A stretch of DNA of 64,000 bases, taken from NCBI GenBank assembly GCA_019751815.1, contig JAIEMW010000001.1, forward strand, positions 65,564 through 129,563, written 5' to 3'. The notes under the pieces were generated by a model that did not search any database, had not been told where the DNA came from, and saw only the letters and a list, made by a program, of their open reading frames with translations. Below are positions 42,438 through 52,914 of this stretch, piece by piece (position 1 is the stretch's first letter; every line of letters starts with the position of its first letter). This DNA is from Cyanobacteriota bacterium. GTDB taxonomy: Bacteria; Cyanobacteriota; Vampirovibrionia; Vampirovibrionales; Vampirovibrionaceae. A program made the position numbers and the translations under genes.

Positions 42438-42920
42438 GTGATGCCTGAGGGGATACGTGAACGGTGGGAATGGTTCAAGGGGCATTGGGATGAGTGCCTG
42501 ATTGTTGTTATGTTACTGCTGCTTGTGAGCGGGGGGCTCTATCTGCTATGGCCGGAGCCGGATATACCAGTTCGCATTGTGTCACGCACAGAGACCTCCC
42601 CAGAAAATAGCCCTGAGAATATTGCTACTGAAGACGTATCTGTACAAAGTACAGATATGACAACCCAGATGGAGTCGCCAAATCGGGCAAAAAAATCGAA
42701 GAAATACACCCGTGCCAAGAAAGTACTCAAAGTGGTCCGTATTAATCAGGCCTCAGCCTCAGAGCTGCTTCATTTACCAGGGATTGGCCCGGCCTTGGCT
42801 CAGCGGATTATCTCCTACCGTAAGCAATTTGGTTCCTTCAAAACGGTGGATGAGCTGGATAAAGTCTCTGGGATTGGGCCTAAGAAGCTGGCGGCAATGC
42901 GGCCTTTTATCAAAATTTAG
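42438..42920 (+). CDS. comEA: ComEA-family helix-hairpin-helix DNA-binding protein
   Basis: N-terminal TM; INQAS..EL..LPGIGPALAQRII.YR...F.TVDEL.KVSGIGPK. Confidence 0.85.
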   Translation: MMPEGIRERWEWFKGHWDECLIVVMLLLLVSGGLYLLWPEPDIPVRIVSRTETSPENSPENIATEDVSVQSTDMTTQMESPNRAKKSKKYTRAKKVLKVVRINQASASELLHLPGIGPALAQRIISYRKQFGSFKTVDELDKVSGIGPKKLAAMRPFIKI

Positions 42921-42930
42921 GGTAGGCTCA

Positions 42931-43647
42931 TTAAATAAGCGTGTTTCCTGCCGTGGGCGGGTAGAGCTGCCGAATGGCTGCGATATCTTCTGGATGAAGC
43001 GCCTGATTTTTCCATCCCCGGTGGTGCATCACGGCTTTTTCGGCACTCCCGTGCTCTAAACCGAGTGCGTGCCCGATTTCATGCAGCAGCGTCGTTTTCC
43101 AGCGTTGCTGCTGAGCTTTTTTGCTGTCAAGGTGCTTGTCTATCTCTGGGTTATCCATCAGGGTGATGGTGACGCGGTGGATCCAGCCTTGAGTATCGAC
43201 TTCCCGCTGTGTATGTCCAACCTCATAGTCCCGACCCAGAGTGGTTTGGGACGAGAAGGTAATCAGTATCCCCTTTTCAGCCACTAAATCAGGGTTGGCA
43301 AAGGGCAACAGTTTGAAGGTTACCGGTGGGGTTGAAGTGACACCGTCTACTGAGGCAAGCTCCCACTCTCGGAGGGCTTGGGACAGTGCTTGCCGCAAAA
43401 AATGATGAAACGCTAACTCTTTATCCTCTGTGTTTGCAGGCTGATGACTTGGAAAGGGCATCAGCACGACAGGAAGGGGCATGGATTGAGAATGCCACCG
43501 GACACCAGTATTTGCTGTTAAAGAACCCCCCTCGGACTGCCTAGCGATGACAGGAGGGATCTCACCAGTAACCTTTTGAGGTGCAATTTCAGAGACATAG
43601 GGTTGCAGGTGGGAAAGTAGCAACGGTCTCTCAGGAATTCTCATCAC
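42931..43647 (-). CDS. matrixin-family (metzincin) metalloprotease
   Basis: HEIGHALGLEH zinc motif, AVM Met-turn, DIAAIRQLY; no obvious signal peptide. Confidence 0.85.
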   Translation of the reverse strand: MMRIPERPLLLSHLQPYVSEIAPQKVTGEIPPVIARQSEGGSLTANTGVRWHSQSMPLPVVLMPFPSHQPANTEDKELAFHHFLRQALSQALREWELASVDGVTSTPPVTFKLLPFANPDLVAEKGILITFSSQTTLGRDYEVGHTQREVDTQGWIHRVTITLMDNPEIDKHLDSKKAQQQRWKTTLLHEIGHALGLEHGSAEKAVMHHRGWKNQALHPEDIAAIRQLYPPTAGNTLI

Positions 43648-43653
43648 GCTTTT

Positions 43654-43821
43654 TTATTGAGAGGCAAAGTTGGAACGAAGTTCTCCGGAAACCACCTCGG
43701 TAAATTCATCGAATAAATTACCGAATTCCTGCATATTTGGCTGGGATGCCAAATTGGAAGGGTTGTATCCCTCATATGTATTGTTTGTGTGTGTATTGCT
43801 TATTTGGCTGCCGTTTTGCAT
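43654..43821 (-). CDS. small N/S/Q-rich hypothetical protein
   Basis: 55 aa; AAGGAG upstream and a sigma28-like promoter at 43861-43888; stops 6 nt before the matrixin start. Confidence 0.5.
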   Translation of the reverse strand: MQNGSQISNTHTNNTYEGYNPSNLASQPNMQEFGNLFDEFTEVVSGELRSNFASQ

Positions 43822-43907
43822 GCTGGAATCATTACTCCTTATTCTTGTTTGATAGAAGCTCTTTCGACCAGTTTGCATCAAAACTTTGAAAACTCGGACT
43901 TTTGTTA

Positions 43908-46900
43908 CTATTCTGTAAGCCACCGGAAATCTTTGATGGAACGTAATTGATTGACCGGTCCTAAAATATTGACCTGAAAACGGTGAACATCTTTTGGAAT
44001 TCCCCCCAGCCCAGGAATATAGCCCAGGCCAGGAATGTGGTAGATGATGCCTTCTTTTCCGTTAGGCAGTGTCCCCAACACAGGTATCCAGTGCAGGGCT
44101 GAGGTGAGGTTGGCTTTTCCAAAATGACCTAAAACGCCGTTCACATTTTGGCTCATCGCACCAATCACTTGGAGATCCGCTGCGGCGTCCAACATATTGA
44201 CCCGTCCTTTCACCGAAAGGCTCAGATCTTTCCCGCTGGAGAGGAGATTTTCCGTATGGCCAACCCCAGAGAGCATCCGAAAGTCACCTGAGAGCTTGGC
44301 AAAATAGTTTGTATCTAGTGGGGAGAGGGCCCTGAATAAATTATTGAGGCTAAGTCCAGCGATACCACCGCGTAATAAATTGGCCGCAGTCAGAATGGTC
44401 TCTAATTTAGCAACCGCTGGAAGGCGGCCGTTCTCAATCACAAACCCAACGGTACCATCGGCATTTTTAACCAACTCATTATCCGTTTCACCCTGGCTGC
44501 TCACTTGAACTTTTCCGTCCATATCGCCAAAAATCACGTTGGGTGCATTTAAAAGAGTTTTGGCTAAGGGGTTGACCTTCACCTTATGCAAATTGAGGGA
44601 TAGAGACATATGGTTTTTTTTGAGTGGATCCATTGAAAGCGCCCCGCTCACCTCACCGCCGGCGGCCTTAAACCGGACATCATTCAATTCAAAGTAACCA
44701 GTGGGGAAAATCGCCAGTTTCCCATAATATTGGGACAGCAGGACGTCATCGTAGACGACACTGTCATAAGTAATGGGAGCTGCTTGAAACTCAAACGGGA
44801 CAGCGGGATCTTCTGGTTTCAACGGGCCCAATAGTTTTTCGAGCCAATTTTTCTGGAATTTTTCCAGAACAACTTGGGTCATATACTTCTGAAGCAGAGG
44901 CACTACTAAGCGTTTGCCTTGCAAGGTAACCTCACTGAGGCGAAAAGGGTAATGGGTCAAGTCATCCATTTTTCCAGAGAGTTGAGCGTCCAGCCCGGGA
45001 ACCCGAAATTCGCTTACCGAAAAAGAACCTTCCGTCCCGGTGAATACTGCTTTCCCACTGGTTTTGCTGATCGAGAAAAACGGGATGTTTAAATCTTGCC
45101 AAGTGGTATGCCCGGATACGGTCAGGTTTTCTGGAAGTCCGTCTGGATTTTGTGCAGTGAGTTTTAGGCTGAGTTCTGGTTGAGACTCAGCTGAAGCCAA
45201 CTCCCATTGATACCCACTGCTGAGAGGCTGTTGAATGTTATTGATGCTCCCTTGCAACGTCAGTGGAAAGGTGTTTTGGGCAATATGGAGCTGACACTGT
45301 GCGTTCTGGAGATTAAAGCGACTTTGCATCAACTCCCAGGGTAATTCACACTGGAATAGGTTTTTACCGTGTTGATTTTCGATATCACTGACACCCAAAT
45401 GCAGGACACCTGAGCTCATCTTGCTCGAGGCAATCTTACTAGATGGCACTGTTAGACTAAAAGGCGCTTGAACCGTCAGTCGCTGATTATAGTCAAATCC
45501 CAGATTCTCACTCTCGATAAACAAAGCGGGACTGGGGCTTGGGTTGGCCGGGATATGACCCAAGATATTACCCGAGAGATTGCTGATATGGTGACCAGGG
45601 GTATCCCACTGGAGTTGATGGAGAATGAGTTCGACTGATGAGCGTCTTGCTGTCTTGGTGTTGTTTGTTTGAGACGTATTCAGCGCTAAAGAGAATTGCC
45701 CTTGAACAGTATGATTCGCCAGAGTGTGTGCCCAGGTTTTGTTATGTGATTTCAGCTCGTTTAAGAACACACCTGCATCAATAGGTCCCACTGTCATGGT
45801 GCTTTGTTGCGTCTCTGCTCGATAGGCGCTACTGAGATTCAGCGGTAGGCTTCCCCATTTTCCTTGGGTTGGGGCAATGTCTAAGCGAATGTCAGGCCCT
45901 GGTCTCAGTGCAATCAGAAGCTGGTTAAATTCGATGGGGGGATGGTTTGGGCCGAGGTCTACACGAACGGCTTGAAGATTCAGGGATCCATCAATGAGGT
46001 TATTACTCCTCTGTTGGACCCAGTGAATCCTTGACTGGGCTTTGGCTCGAATATGCCGGACAGAAAAGGGCGTATCAAATAGAATGTAGGGCCTTACGGG
46101 GGCAAAGGGCTGATAGAGGGGATCAACATCCGGAATATCGGCAAGCATCCAAAGATCACTTTGGGTGGGAGACAGCCTGCCGGACAGCTTCCACTGAATT
46201 TGATTCCAGGTGAGTGACAGTGGTTGTAATAGGAGGATCTTATTTTTTAAGGTGAGTGATCCATTGGTGTGATGAACCAGAAAAGTACGGGCAGACCGGC
46301 CTTTACTGGCTTGAAAAGCTGCATTGAGATAGCCTTCCTTTAGTTTGACGGTGCCTGACACAAGGGGATTTTTCCATTGGCCTTGAACCCTGGCATTCAC
46401 TTGCACAAGACCGCCCACCGTTATTGACTGGGGTGGGACTAGCTCATTAATGATTGCAGGGCCTAAAACACCACTTTCTAGCACTTGCTGAATAAAGGGA
46501 TTCAGCGCTTCTAGCTTAAAGTCGGCTCCAGGTGCAGTGCGAATCTGAATATCATTTTTGATTTCTTGATTTTTGAGAGCAATAACGCCTTGTAATTCAA
46601 GGGCTTGCGACCCTATGTCTTTCGAATTGGTAAAACTCAGCTGGATTGCGTTGAGTGAGATCTTGTCTGAAGAAAATGCCATGGCCCCGTTGATACTTGG
46701 TGTATCGAGTGACTGGCGACTAAAACCAGTCTGGGCTTGTACGTGATGAAGGTGCAGGGTCCCCAAAATCTTTGTGTTTGCGCTGTCAAAGGGTAGGGGA
46801 AGATGGACGCGGAGGCGGTCTGCTCGTATCTCTCCTTGTAGATTGTGAAGACTATTTTGAAGCCCATTTTTGAGCCTACTTCTAGGGGACGGCAGGTCAT

Positions 46901-48506
46901 CGACTAGGGCGTTCAACCGGTTTAAATTGAGCGGACCAGAGTCTAATAGAAGATCGGCACTTTTCATTTCTTTGAGCGGGAGAACGGCCTCAACCGTGAG
47001 TGGCTGACGGTCGAGTTGCCCCGTGAATTTGCTCGATATCTTGTCAGCACCCAGCAAAACCGACATCCTGCTTTCAGCGAGATGTATTTTGGGCATGCTC
47101 AGCTTTTCAAGGGTGATTGTTCCAGTGGGCCAGCGGCTTGTTGTACTTTTAGAGGAGGTCATATCCCAGTGAAATTCACTTTTGAGACTGCCGGAAGCCA
47201 GATATTTGGCCAGAAAAGAAAGGCTGTCCTGAAGGTCTTTTTGGATACTTTTTTTGATTACTGGAGAAAACGCTTGTATATCAGCTGTCCTGAGTCTCTC
47301 AAGGAATGACCGTATATCGGGGATGTCCGCGCTGAGCACCAAGGGGGTTCCTTGATCTGGCTGTCTTTGGCCGATACGAAGTGTCCCTTTTATGCCGTCA
47401 GCCTTAAATCGTAATTGAGAGAGTATGGATTGGTGACTGGGCTCAGATTCAATCTCCCATTGCTTCAGTAAGGGATGATCTCCCTGAACCTTATAGTAGA
47501 AAGGGGTGTTCGTCGTTTTTTTAAAGAGGACCCTTTCAATGCGAGGGACCAAGGCGTGTGTAAGGCTTACTTGCGGCAGTGTCTTCAGAGACACTTTTTT
47601 CGTATAGGCCTTCATAAACGGCTGATACAGGCAGAGTAACCGCACCGCATTGATTTTATGCGCCTCCAAAAAGAAATGTTCTGGAGAGCCGTTTTCTGTA
47701 ATTGACGCTATAGAAAATCCAGGTTTAAACGGTTCTGGCGCTGTTTTTAGGCGCATATTCAGGGAGTTTATTAGGGTGTTTTCTGGCAGGGGTGTTGATT
47801 TTTTTGACGGAGTCATTTCACTAAGGCTCATTTGGTCAATCTCAAATTCGGCTTTTTGGGTGCTGTTGAGATGCTTGAGTGAGAGTAGACGGGATGTTAG
47901 CTTTAGCCATGATTTTGTCGTAGACGAATCTCCAGTAGCGCCTAACAGCCTTACTTGAGCTGCGTGTACCACGAGAGTCGAGTCTTCAAACAATAGGTTT
48001 TTTTTGCGTTCGGGCAGCTGGGAGAGGTCAATTTTTTTGAGTTTGTCTAAAAACTCGGGTGTGAGTGTGATGTTAGGACGGTCTAAATCAAGCGAGGACA
48101 CCTGTTTTTCCTGATCTTTGACAAGAAAGGGGAATGCTCGGATGCAGATGGTTGCCCGAGGGATGAAGATGCTCGGATTTTTAGCTAAATAATCAGTCTC
48201 ATAAAGGCCGATTTTGTTGACCTGAGCACAGGCCCCATGAGCCCAACTCAGCTTTAGGGAGAGTGTACCCAATTTAAGGGTTAATCCCGTTTCTGCTCTG
48301 GGCTTTGATAAAACCGTTTGATTGATCGTCTCTTCAATCTGGGATTTTAGCGCATCCAGGGGCAGTAGACGGTTGAGGACTGTCTCTAAGACTGTGCTGA
48401 TGAGCAAGCCCGCCGCAAAGATAAGGGCTACTTTTTTTAAGAGTGACCTGAAGATTGTCCGACGGCGATGTTTGCTTTCAATATCAGGGAGGGGAGATTT
48501 CATCAC
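43908..48506 (-). CDS. AsmA-like (TamB/YhdP superfamily) envelope protein
   Basis: N-terminal TM anchor, long beta-rich body, C-terminal AsmA-like motifs (AAGG.VSG, G.V.F.IENGRL, L.G.F...GV..T.NL...G.DL.L.VKG). Confidence 0.8.
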   Translation of the reverse strand: MMKSPLPDIESKHRRRTIFRSLLKKVALIFAAGLLISTVLETVLNRLLPLDALKSQIEETINQTVLSKPRAETGLTLKLGTLSLKLSWAHGACAQVNKIGLYETDYLAKNPSIFIPRATICIRAFPFLVKDQEKQVSSLDLDRPNITLTPEFLDKLKKIDLSQLPERKKNLLFEDSTLVVHAAQVRLLGATGDSSTTKSWLKLTSRLLSLKHLNSTQKAEFEIDQMSLSEMTPSKKSTPLPENTLINSLNMRLKTAPEPFKPGFSIASITENGSPEHFFLEAHKINAVRLLCLYQPFMKAYTKKVSLKTLPQVSLTHALVPRIERVLFKKTTNTPFYYKVQGDHPLLKQWEIESEPSHQSILSQLRFKADGIKGTLRIGQRQPDQGTPLVLSADIPDIRSFLERLRTADIQAFSPVIKKSIQKDLQDSLSFLAKYLASGSLKSEFHWDMTSSKSTTSRWPTGTITLEKLSMPKIHLAESRMSVLLGADKISSKFTGQLDRQPLTVEAVLPLKEMKSADLLLDSGPLNLNRLNALVDDLPSPRSRLKNGLQNSLHNLQGEIRADRLRVHLPLPFDSANTKILGTLHLHHVQAQTGFSRQSLDTPSINGAMAFSSDKISLNAIQLSFTNSKDIGSQALELQGVIALKNQEIKNDIQIRTAPGADFKLEALNPFIQQVLESGVLGPAIINELVPPQSITVGGLVQVNARVQGQWKNPLVSGTVKLKEGYLNAAFQASKGRSARTFLVHHTNGSLTLKNKILLLQPLSLTWNQIQWKLSGRLSPTQSDLWMLADIPDVDPLYQPFAPVRPYILFDTPFSVRHIRAKAQSRIHWVQQRSNNLIDGSLNLQAVRVDLGPNHPPIEFNQLLIALRPGPDIRLDIAPTQGKWGSLPLNLSSAYRAETQQSTMTVGPIDAGVFLNELKSHNKTWAHTLANHTVQGQFSLALNTSQTNNTKTARRSSVELILHQLQWDTPGHHISNLSGNILGHIPANPSPSPALFIESENLGFDYNQRLTVQAPFSLTVPSSKIASSKMSSGVLHLGVSDIENQHGKNLFQCELPWELMQSRFNLQNAQCQLHIAQNTFPLTLQGSINNIQQPLSSGYQWELASAESQPELSLKLTAQNPDGLPENLTVSGHTTWQDLNIPFFSISKTSGKAVFTGTEGSFSVSEFRVPGLDAQLSGKMDDLTHYPFRLSEVTLQGKRLVVPLLQKYMTQVVLEKFQKNWLEKLLGPLKPEDPAVPFEFQAAPITYDSVVYDDVLLSQYYGKLAIFPTGYFELNDVRFKAAGGEVSGALSMDPLKKNHMSLSLNLHKVKVNPLAKTLLNAPNVIFGDMDGKVQVSSQGETDNELVKNADGTVGFVIENGRLPAVAKLETILTAANLLRGGIAGLSLNNLFRALSPLDTNYFAKLSGDFRMLSGVGHTENLLSSGKDLSLSVKGRVNMLDAAADLQVIGAMSQNVNGVLGHFGKANLTSALHWIPVLGTLPNGKEGIIYHIPGLGYIPGLGGIPKDVHRFQVNILGPVNQLRSIKDFRWLTE

Positions 48507-48562
48507 GCAAATCTTTTAATGGCCTAGGCTGTCATGGCCCAGGTTGGTTGTATCTGGCTGTG

Positions 48563-48817
48563 CTATTGGTGTGGTGGTTGGGGTTCTTGACCCACAGGGT
48601 TTTGTGCGGCAGGTGGAGGCGGTGCGGAGGGCTTGCCTTCTTCATGGTCGCCAGAGGCGGAGCGTTTGAATTGTCGAACTCCTTCACCCAAGGCGCGCAT
48701 CACATCAGGCAGTTTTCCTGGACCATAGATAATCAATACGATTAAGAACAAAAAGGCGACAACCACCGGGCTGAGTGAGAAAAACAAATAGGGTGGGTTG
48801 AAAGCAAGGTCTAGCAT
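48563..48817 (-). CDS. tatA: twin-arginine translocase TatA/E subunit
   Basis: TM helix then YGPGKLPDVMRALGEGVRQFK. Confidence 0.9.
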   Translation of the reverse strand: MLDLAFNPPYLFFSLSPVVVAFLFLIVLIIYGPGKLPDVMRALGEGVRQFKRSASGDHEEGKPSAPPPPAAQNPVGQEPQPPHQ

Positions 48818-48995
48818 GGGTTTTCAATCCTTGATACATAGATAAAATGCATGTTGAAGCTATGCATGGTGTAAAATGAGGTTGATTCGAGAGAATGCTC
48901 AAGTATCATACCATTAGCCAGATTGGGATGTCTCTTCTTGAACGGCGCCTTGCACAACAACATATGAAGCTTGGAAATTGAAGCTTGGAATTTAA

Positions 48996-49475
48996 ATGAC
49001 CACCGAACAGACGCATGCCCAGTCCAATGCGGAGATGCGGGATAAACTGACCCAGCAACTTCGAGACAGAGGACTGCGCCTTACCCCACAGCGAGAAAAA
49101 ATACTGGAAGTCTTCTTCAATTTACCGGAAGGGGATCACCTGAGTGCGGAAGAATTGCATCAGCGCCTAAAGAGCCATCACTTGGATATTAGTCTGGCGA
49201 CATCTTACCGGACGCTTAAACTATTGGTGTCTGTGGGTGCACTTCGAGAACTCGATTTTTCCGAAGATCACAAGCACTATGAGCTATCACGCAACCCAGA
49301 AGCTCCTCATCATCATATTATTTGCTCGGGCTGTGGTAAAACCGAAGAATTTGAAAGTCCGGAAGTTTTGCAACTTGCGGTTAATTTGCTGAGAGAAAAG
49401 CGCTATAAACTGACAGACGTCCAGCTTAAGCTTTACGGGTTGTGCCAAGACTGCTGTGATGACGAGCCAGACTAA
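48996..49475 (+). CDS. Fur-family transcriptional regulator
   Basis: GLRLTPQRE.IL, HLSAEEL, SLATSYRTL, HHHIICSGCG, CQDC. Confidence 0.95.
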   Translation: MTTEQTHAQSNAEMRDKLTQQLRDRGLRLTPQREKILEVFFNLPEGDHLSAEELHQRLKSHHLDISLATSYRTLKLLVSVGALRELDFSEDHKHYELSRNPEAPHHHIICSGCGKTEEFESPEVLQLAVNLLREKRYKLTDVQLKLYGLCQDCCDDEPD

Positions 49476-49483
49476 TTCAACTT

Positions 49484-49948
49484 TTAATACACTGCGTTGA
49501 ACTGGATATTGTCATAGCTGATTGGGAAGGCTGCCGGGATGATGGGAACGGGCCCGGACATAGTCGGCAGACTGATGGCCCCAACAATGGGTCTAAATTG
49601 AGTTTGAACAGTGGCCTTAAAGCCTATTACGGCGCCTGTTCCCCCGTTGTTTCGAATCGGCAGGACACCCATGGTGGCTCCACCTGACATTAAATTGGCG
49701 GCTACCAGACGGTTCATCATTTGGGTTTCTCCAGCGGAAATGGCGGCAGACTCTCCCGCTCCATAGCTTAGAGAAGCGGTATAGGCGCCGTCAATCGCTG
49801 CCATTTTGGTGCCTTGATAGCATTGCCAGACTCGACCAATTTCGACAATGGCAAAGATGAGAATCATCAGGAATGGAAGCACCAGGGCCAATTCGACCAA
49901 ATTCTGACCCTTGGGAGGCCTGATGATACTTTTGCGGACTGCAGGCAT
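49484..49948 (-). CDS. TadE/TadG-family pseudopilin
   Basis: KGQNLVELALVLPFLMILIFAIVEIG prepilin-like motif, AA..GA. Confidence 0.88.
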   Translation of the reverse strand: MPAVRKSIIRPPKGQNLVELALVLPFLMILIFAIVEIGRVWQCYQGTKMAAIDGAYTASLSYGAGESAAISAGETQMMNRLVAANLMSGGATMGVLPIRNNGGTGAVIGFKATVQTQFRPIVGAISLPTMSGPVPIIPAAFPISYDNIQFNAVY

Positions 49949-50055
49949 AAAAAATCCCGTCTCAAACGCTCTCTAAAAACCTAAAGAGGTATCGACGAAA
50001 ACGGGATAGACTCGTATTCGTGAGTCACACTGTTACACGTTGTTACAGGAGTGGG

Positions 50056-52140
50056 TTAAAGTGCTTCTGCCAGGACGGGGGTTATTTTTTGCTCTCGGAT
50101 AATGGTACCCAAGAGCACACCGTTGTGTTTCCGGATCAGACTGGTGGCGGCATCCAGCTGGGAGGAGGTGGTGTACTTTTCCACCAAAAGCACCAGAGCG
50201 TCTACCCTTGTGATCAACGCTTCGGCTTCTTCACTGCTTAGCAGGGCCGGGGAATCGACAAAAATCCAGTCAAATTGTTGCCTCAATGAGGTGATGAGCG
50301 CACTGAAAGCCTGCTGTTCAATAAACGTTGCGGCATATGGTGGTTCCAAGCCCAACGGGAGATAAGCCAGAGGGGGAGAGGTGATCGGGCTGTGTTGACT
50401 CCTAATAAGTCGCTCTTGAAAAAGTGCCAACCACTCTTCGTTACTGGTAAGACTGTGTTTTAGGTGAATATAATCACTGGTTCCCTGAAAAAGTGGGCCG
50501 ATGTTATCAATCCCAAAGCTAGAAGTAGCTAAATTACTGGTTCTTAGCTGAGTATCCAGAATAAGCACTCGCTCAGGCTGCAAGTTACTCCGCTCAGCAG
50601 CCATTTGTTCAGCCAGTTGAAGCAGAACATGGGATTGGAGGGTCTGATCATAGACATTACAAATCTGTAGTACCTGTCGTTGGTGCTGCACGCCCAGACT
50701 GCGTAAGGTCGAAATAGACAACCGCATTTCGGCTTCTGGCAGTTGAGGGTCTTCTTTCACCTGATTGAGCCATTGCTGCTTTTCCAGCCAGGGGATTCTA
50801 CCAAGAACGGGCTGACTGAGTTGTTTTTGAGGCTCAAGCGTGGGGGTGGCTTGAGCTTGTTTTTTAGAGGCCTGTTTTTTCAAGTTGCTGCGAATGGCAT
50901 GGGGCTGCTGTATTAACAGAGAGGCAATGCCAGACAGAAACAAGACCAAAAGCTGTTTGAGCAACGCGCCAGGGAATAACGGCTCAGCAGAGTAACTGGG
51001 AGGACTTAAGGTGGTGATGAGTGAAGCACCATCGGGAATACCTTGGTTGAGTTGCTGTGTGCGTGATTGCAATAGGTCGGTTTGAAGGGCTTCCAAGGTC
51101 TGTTTTTCAAAAAGAAGACCACCCAAGGCGAGTTGATGATGGGTCACTTGAGGAACTTGCCGAAGGATTTGATCCCTTTCGCTCTCGAGTAATGCAAGCG
51201 CTTGTTCAGCGGCACTGAGATCTATCTGGTTATGCGCCAACTGGTAGGACAAGGATGAGGCTGTTGCCAGCTGAGAGATACGCTGTTTGATTTGTAGCTT
51301 GAGGGTTTGAACTGCTGTACTTAAGCGGAGGATTTCAGGGTGTTCTTCCGCTCCCTGATCGCTATAGCGAGTTGGGTAAAGTGGTTTTTTGGCCTTGTAT
51401 TCCTCTTGCAAAATAAGCAGATTGTTCTGCAAACGCCGGAGTGCAGGATCAGAGGTCAAAGCACTTAAGGCTTGTTCCATCTTGCTTTGGCGGTTGGGTG
51501 TGTGACTTTGTTCAGCTTGGCTGGCTTTGAGAAGCGCAATCCGTTCTTGAAGAAGTTGTTGTTTACGACCTTCAAAACCAGCTTTACTGGCTCTATTAGA
51601 CCAGTAAGCTTGAATAATCTGCTGATCTGCCTGTGATAACTCAGGATCGTCTGGATTGGGTTTAAATTGCTCAATGCGTTGTTTATTCCAGGCCAAGGCA
51701 GAAGCGGTGCTGGCCAGCTGTTTTTCGATTTCTTGCCTACTATGCTGGACTTGACGAAGCAAACTTAAACGGAGTGCCTGCTGTAATTGAGAGATGGTGG
51801 CATCGAGCACCCTTTGGGATAAGGCCGGGCTAGTGGTTATGATGGTAAGTGGGGTTGAAGAATGAGGTTTGACAGTGGTTTTTTGGGATCGTAATTGCGC
51901 AGTGAGATCGGACAGTGAGAGGGTAAACCCTTCAGGTCGTTCATTGAGTGTGAGCACCTGGTAAACGCCTTGAATAAAAGCAGGAGAAGCGAGTGTTTCC
52001 TGAAAAACAGGGCGGACAGATTCTGAGAGGGAAACAACCGCAGTGGCAGGGAATCGATCAGGCCATAGCCAGGCCACAAGCCCAAAACCCAGCAGTGAAC
52101 AGGCTGAAAAAACAGCAGTGCGTTTAAGGAGATGATGCAT
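50056..52140 (-). CDS. GumC/Wzc-like polysaccharide co-polymerase with degenerate kinase domain
   Basis: TM, coiled coil with Y...HPEI, TM; C-terminal LILDTQLR, FDWIFVDSPALL, VDALVLLV, LLGTII. Confidence 0.7.
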   Translation of the reverse strand: MHHLLKRTAVFSACSLLGFGLVAWLWPDRFPATAVVSLSESVRPVFQETLASPAFIQGVYQVLTLNERPEGFTLSLSDLTAQLRSQKTTVKPHSSTPLTIITTSPALSQRVLDATISQLQQALRLSLLRQVQHSRQEIEKQLASTASALAWNKQRIEQFKPNPDDPELSQADQQIIQAYWSNRASKAGFEGRKQQLLQERIALLKASQAEQSHTPNRQSKMEQALSALTSDPALRRLQNNLLILQEEYKAKKPLYPTRYSDQGAEEHPEILRLSTAVQTLKLQIKQRISQLATASSLSYQLAHNQIDLSAAEQALALLESERDQILRQVPQVTHHQLALGGLLFEKQTLEALQTDLLQSRTQQLNQGIPDGASLITTLSPPSYSAEPLFPGALLKQLLVLFLSGIASLLIQQPHAIRSNLKKQASKKQAQATPTLEPQKQLSQPVLGRIPWLEKQQWLNQVKEDPQLPEAEMRLSISTLRSLGVQHQRQVLQICNVYDQTLQSHVLLQLAEQMAAERSNLQPERVLILDTQLRTSNLATSSFGIDNIGPLFQGTSDYIHLKHSLTSNEEWLALFQERLIRSQHSPITSPPLAYLPLGLEPPYAATFIEQQAFSALITSLRQQFDWIFVDSPALLSSEEAEALITRVDALVLLVEKYTTSSQLDAATSLIRKHNGVLLGTIIREQKITPVLAEAL

Positions 52141-52180
52141 GACGTGGCCTTCTTTTTTGGTTGTCTTCTCTAATGGTTCT

Positions 52181-52834
52181 CTATCCTTGATTTAATCCTA
52201 TTCTTGCTTTTATTAAGGAGTCTACTTGCGCCGTGGTTGTGGCGGGGAGACCTGTATTATCAATAACCTGGGAGGCTTTTGCCAACTTCTCTGCTAGTGG
52301 CATCTGGCTGTCTATCCGGGCATCGGCCTGTGTTTCAGTCAGATGAGGATCTCGCTTCAATAACCGTTGTTTTTGTTGATCTCGGGTGGCCTTAATCACC
52401 CATACTTCGTCAAACATCCCTTCCAGTTTGGATTCAAACAGCAAAGGCACCTGCGCCACTGCCAGGGGGTCTGCTGCACAGGCTTGAAAGAATTGGTTAA
52501 TCCGCTGACGGACCTTGGGATGTATCCATGTTTCCAGGAGTTTTAGCTTGCTGCGGTCCGCAAAGGCCAGAGCGCCCAACTTTTTTTTATCCACAGAACC
52601 TGAGGGGAGAAAAACATCTTGACCAAAGGTGCTTTGCACATTCTGGCGTAATTCCGTATCGTGTGCGTAGAGATCGTCGACAATGACATCCGCGTCAATG
52701 GTCTTAATGCCCAAGGCTTCGATGGCTTTGCCGACGGTTGATTTCCCGCTGGCAATGCCACCAGTGAGTCCAATTTTTTGACAGCCCAGAAAACGGACGG
52801 GCGTGTCCAATGCGGAATGATGAATACCCTGCAC
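52181..52834 (-). CDS. coaE: dephospho-CoA kinase
   Basis: IGLTGGIASGKS, IDAD, LE..IHP.V, VPLLFE, RIDSQMP; probable GTG start at 52834. Confidence 0.95.
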   Translation of the reverse strand: MQGIHHSALDTPVRFLGCQKIGLTGGIASGKSTVGKAIEALGIKTIDADVIVDDLYAHDTELRQNVQSTFGQDVFLPSGSVDKKKLGALAFADRSKLKLLETWIHPKVRQRINQFFQACAADPLAVAQVPLLFESKLEGMFDEVWVIKATRDQQKQRLLKRDPHLTETQADARIDSQMPLAEKLAKASQVIDNTGLPATTTAQVDSLIKARIGLNQG

Positions 52835-52914
52835 GCTGGTAACATCCCCAATAACTACGAATTCTACTAAGACTATTCTCTCATATTTATATTTCTTTGA
52901 CATAAAATGCCTAT

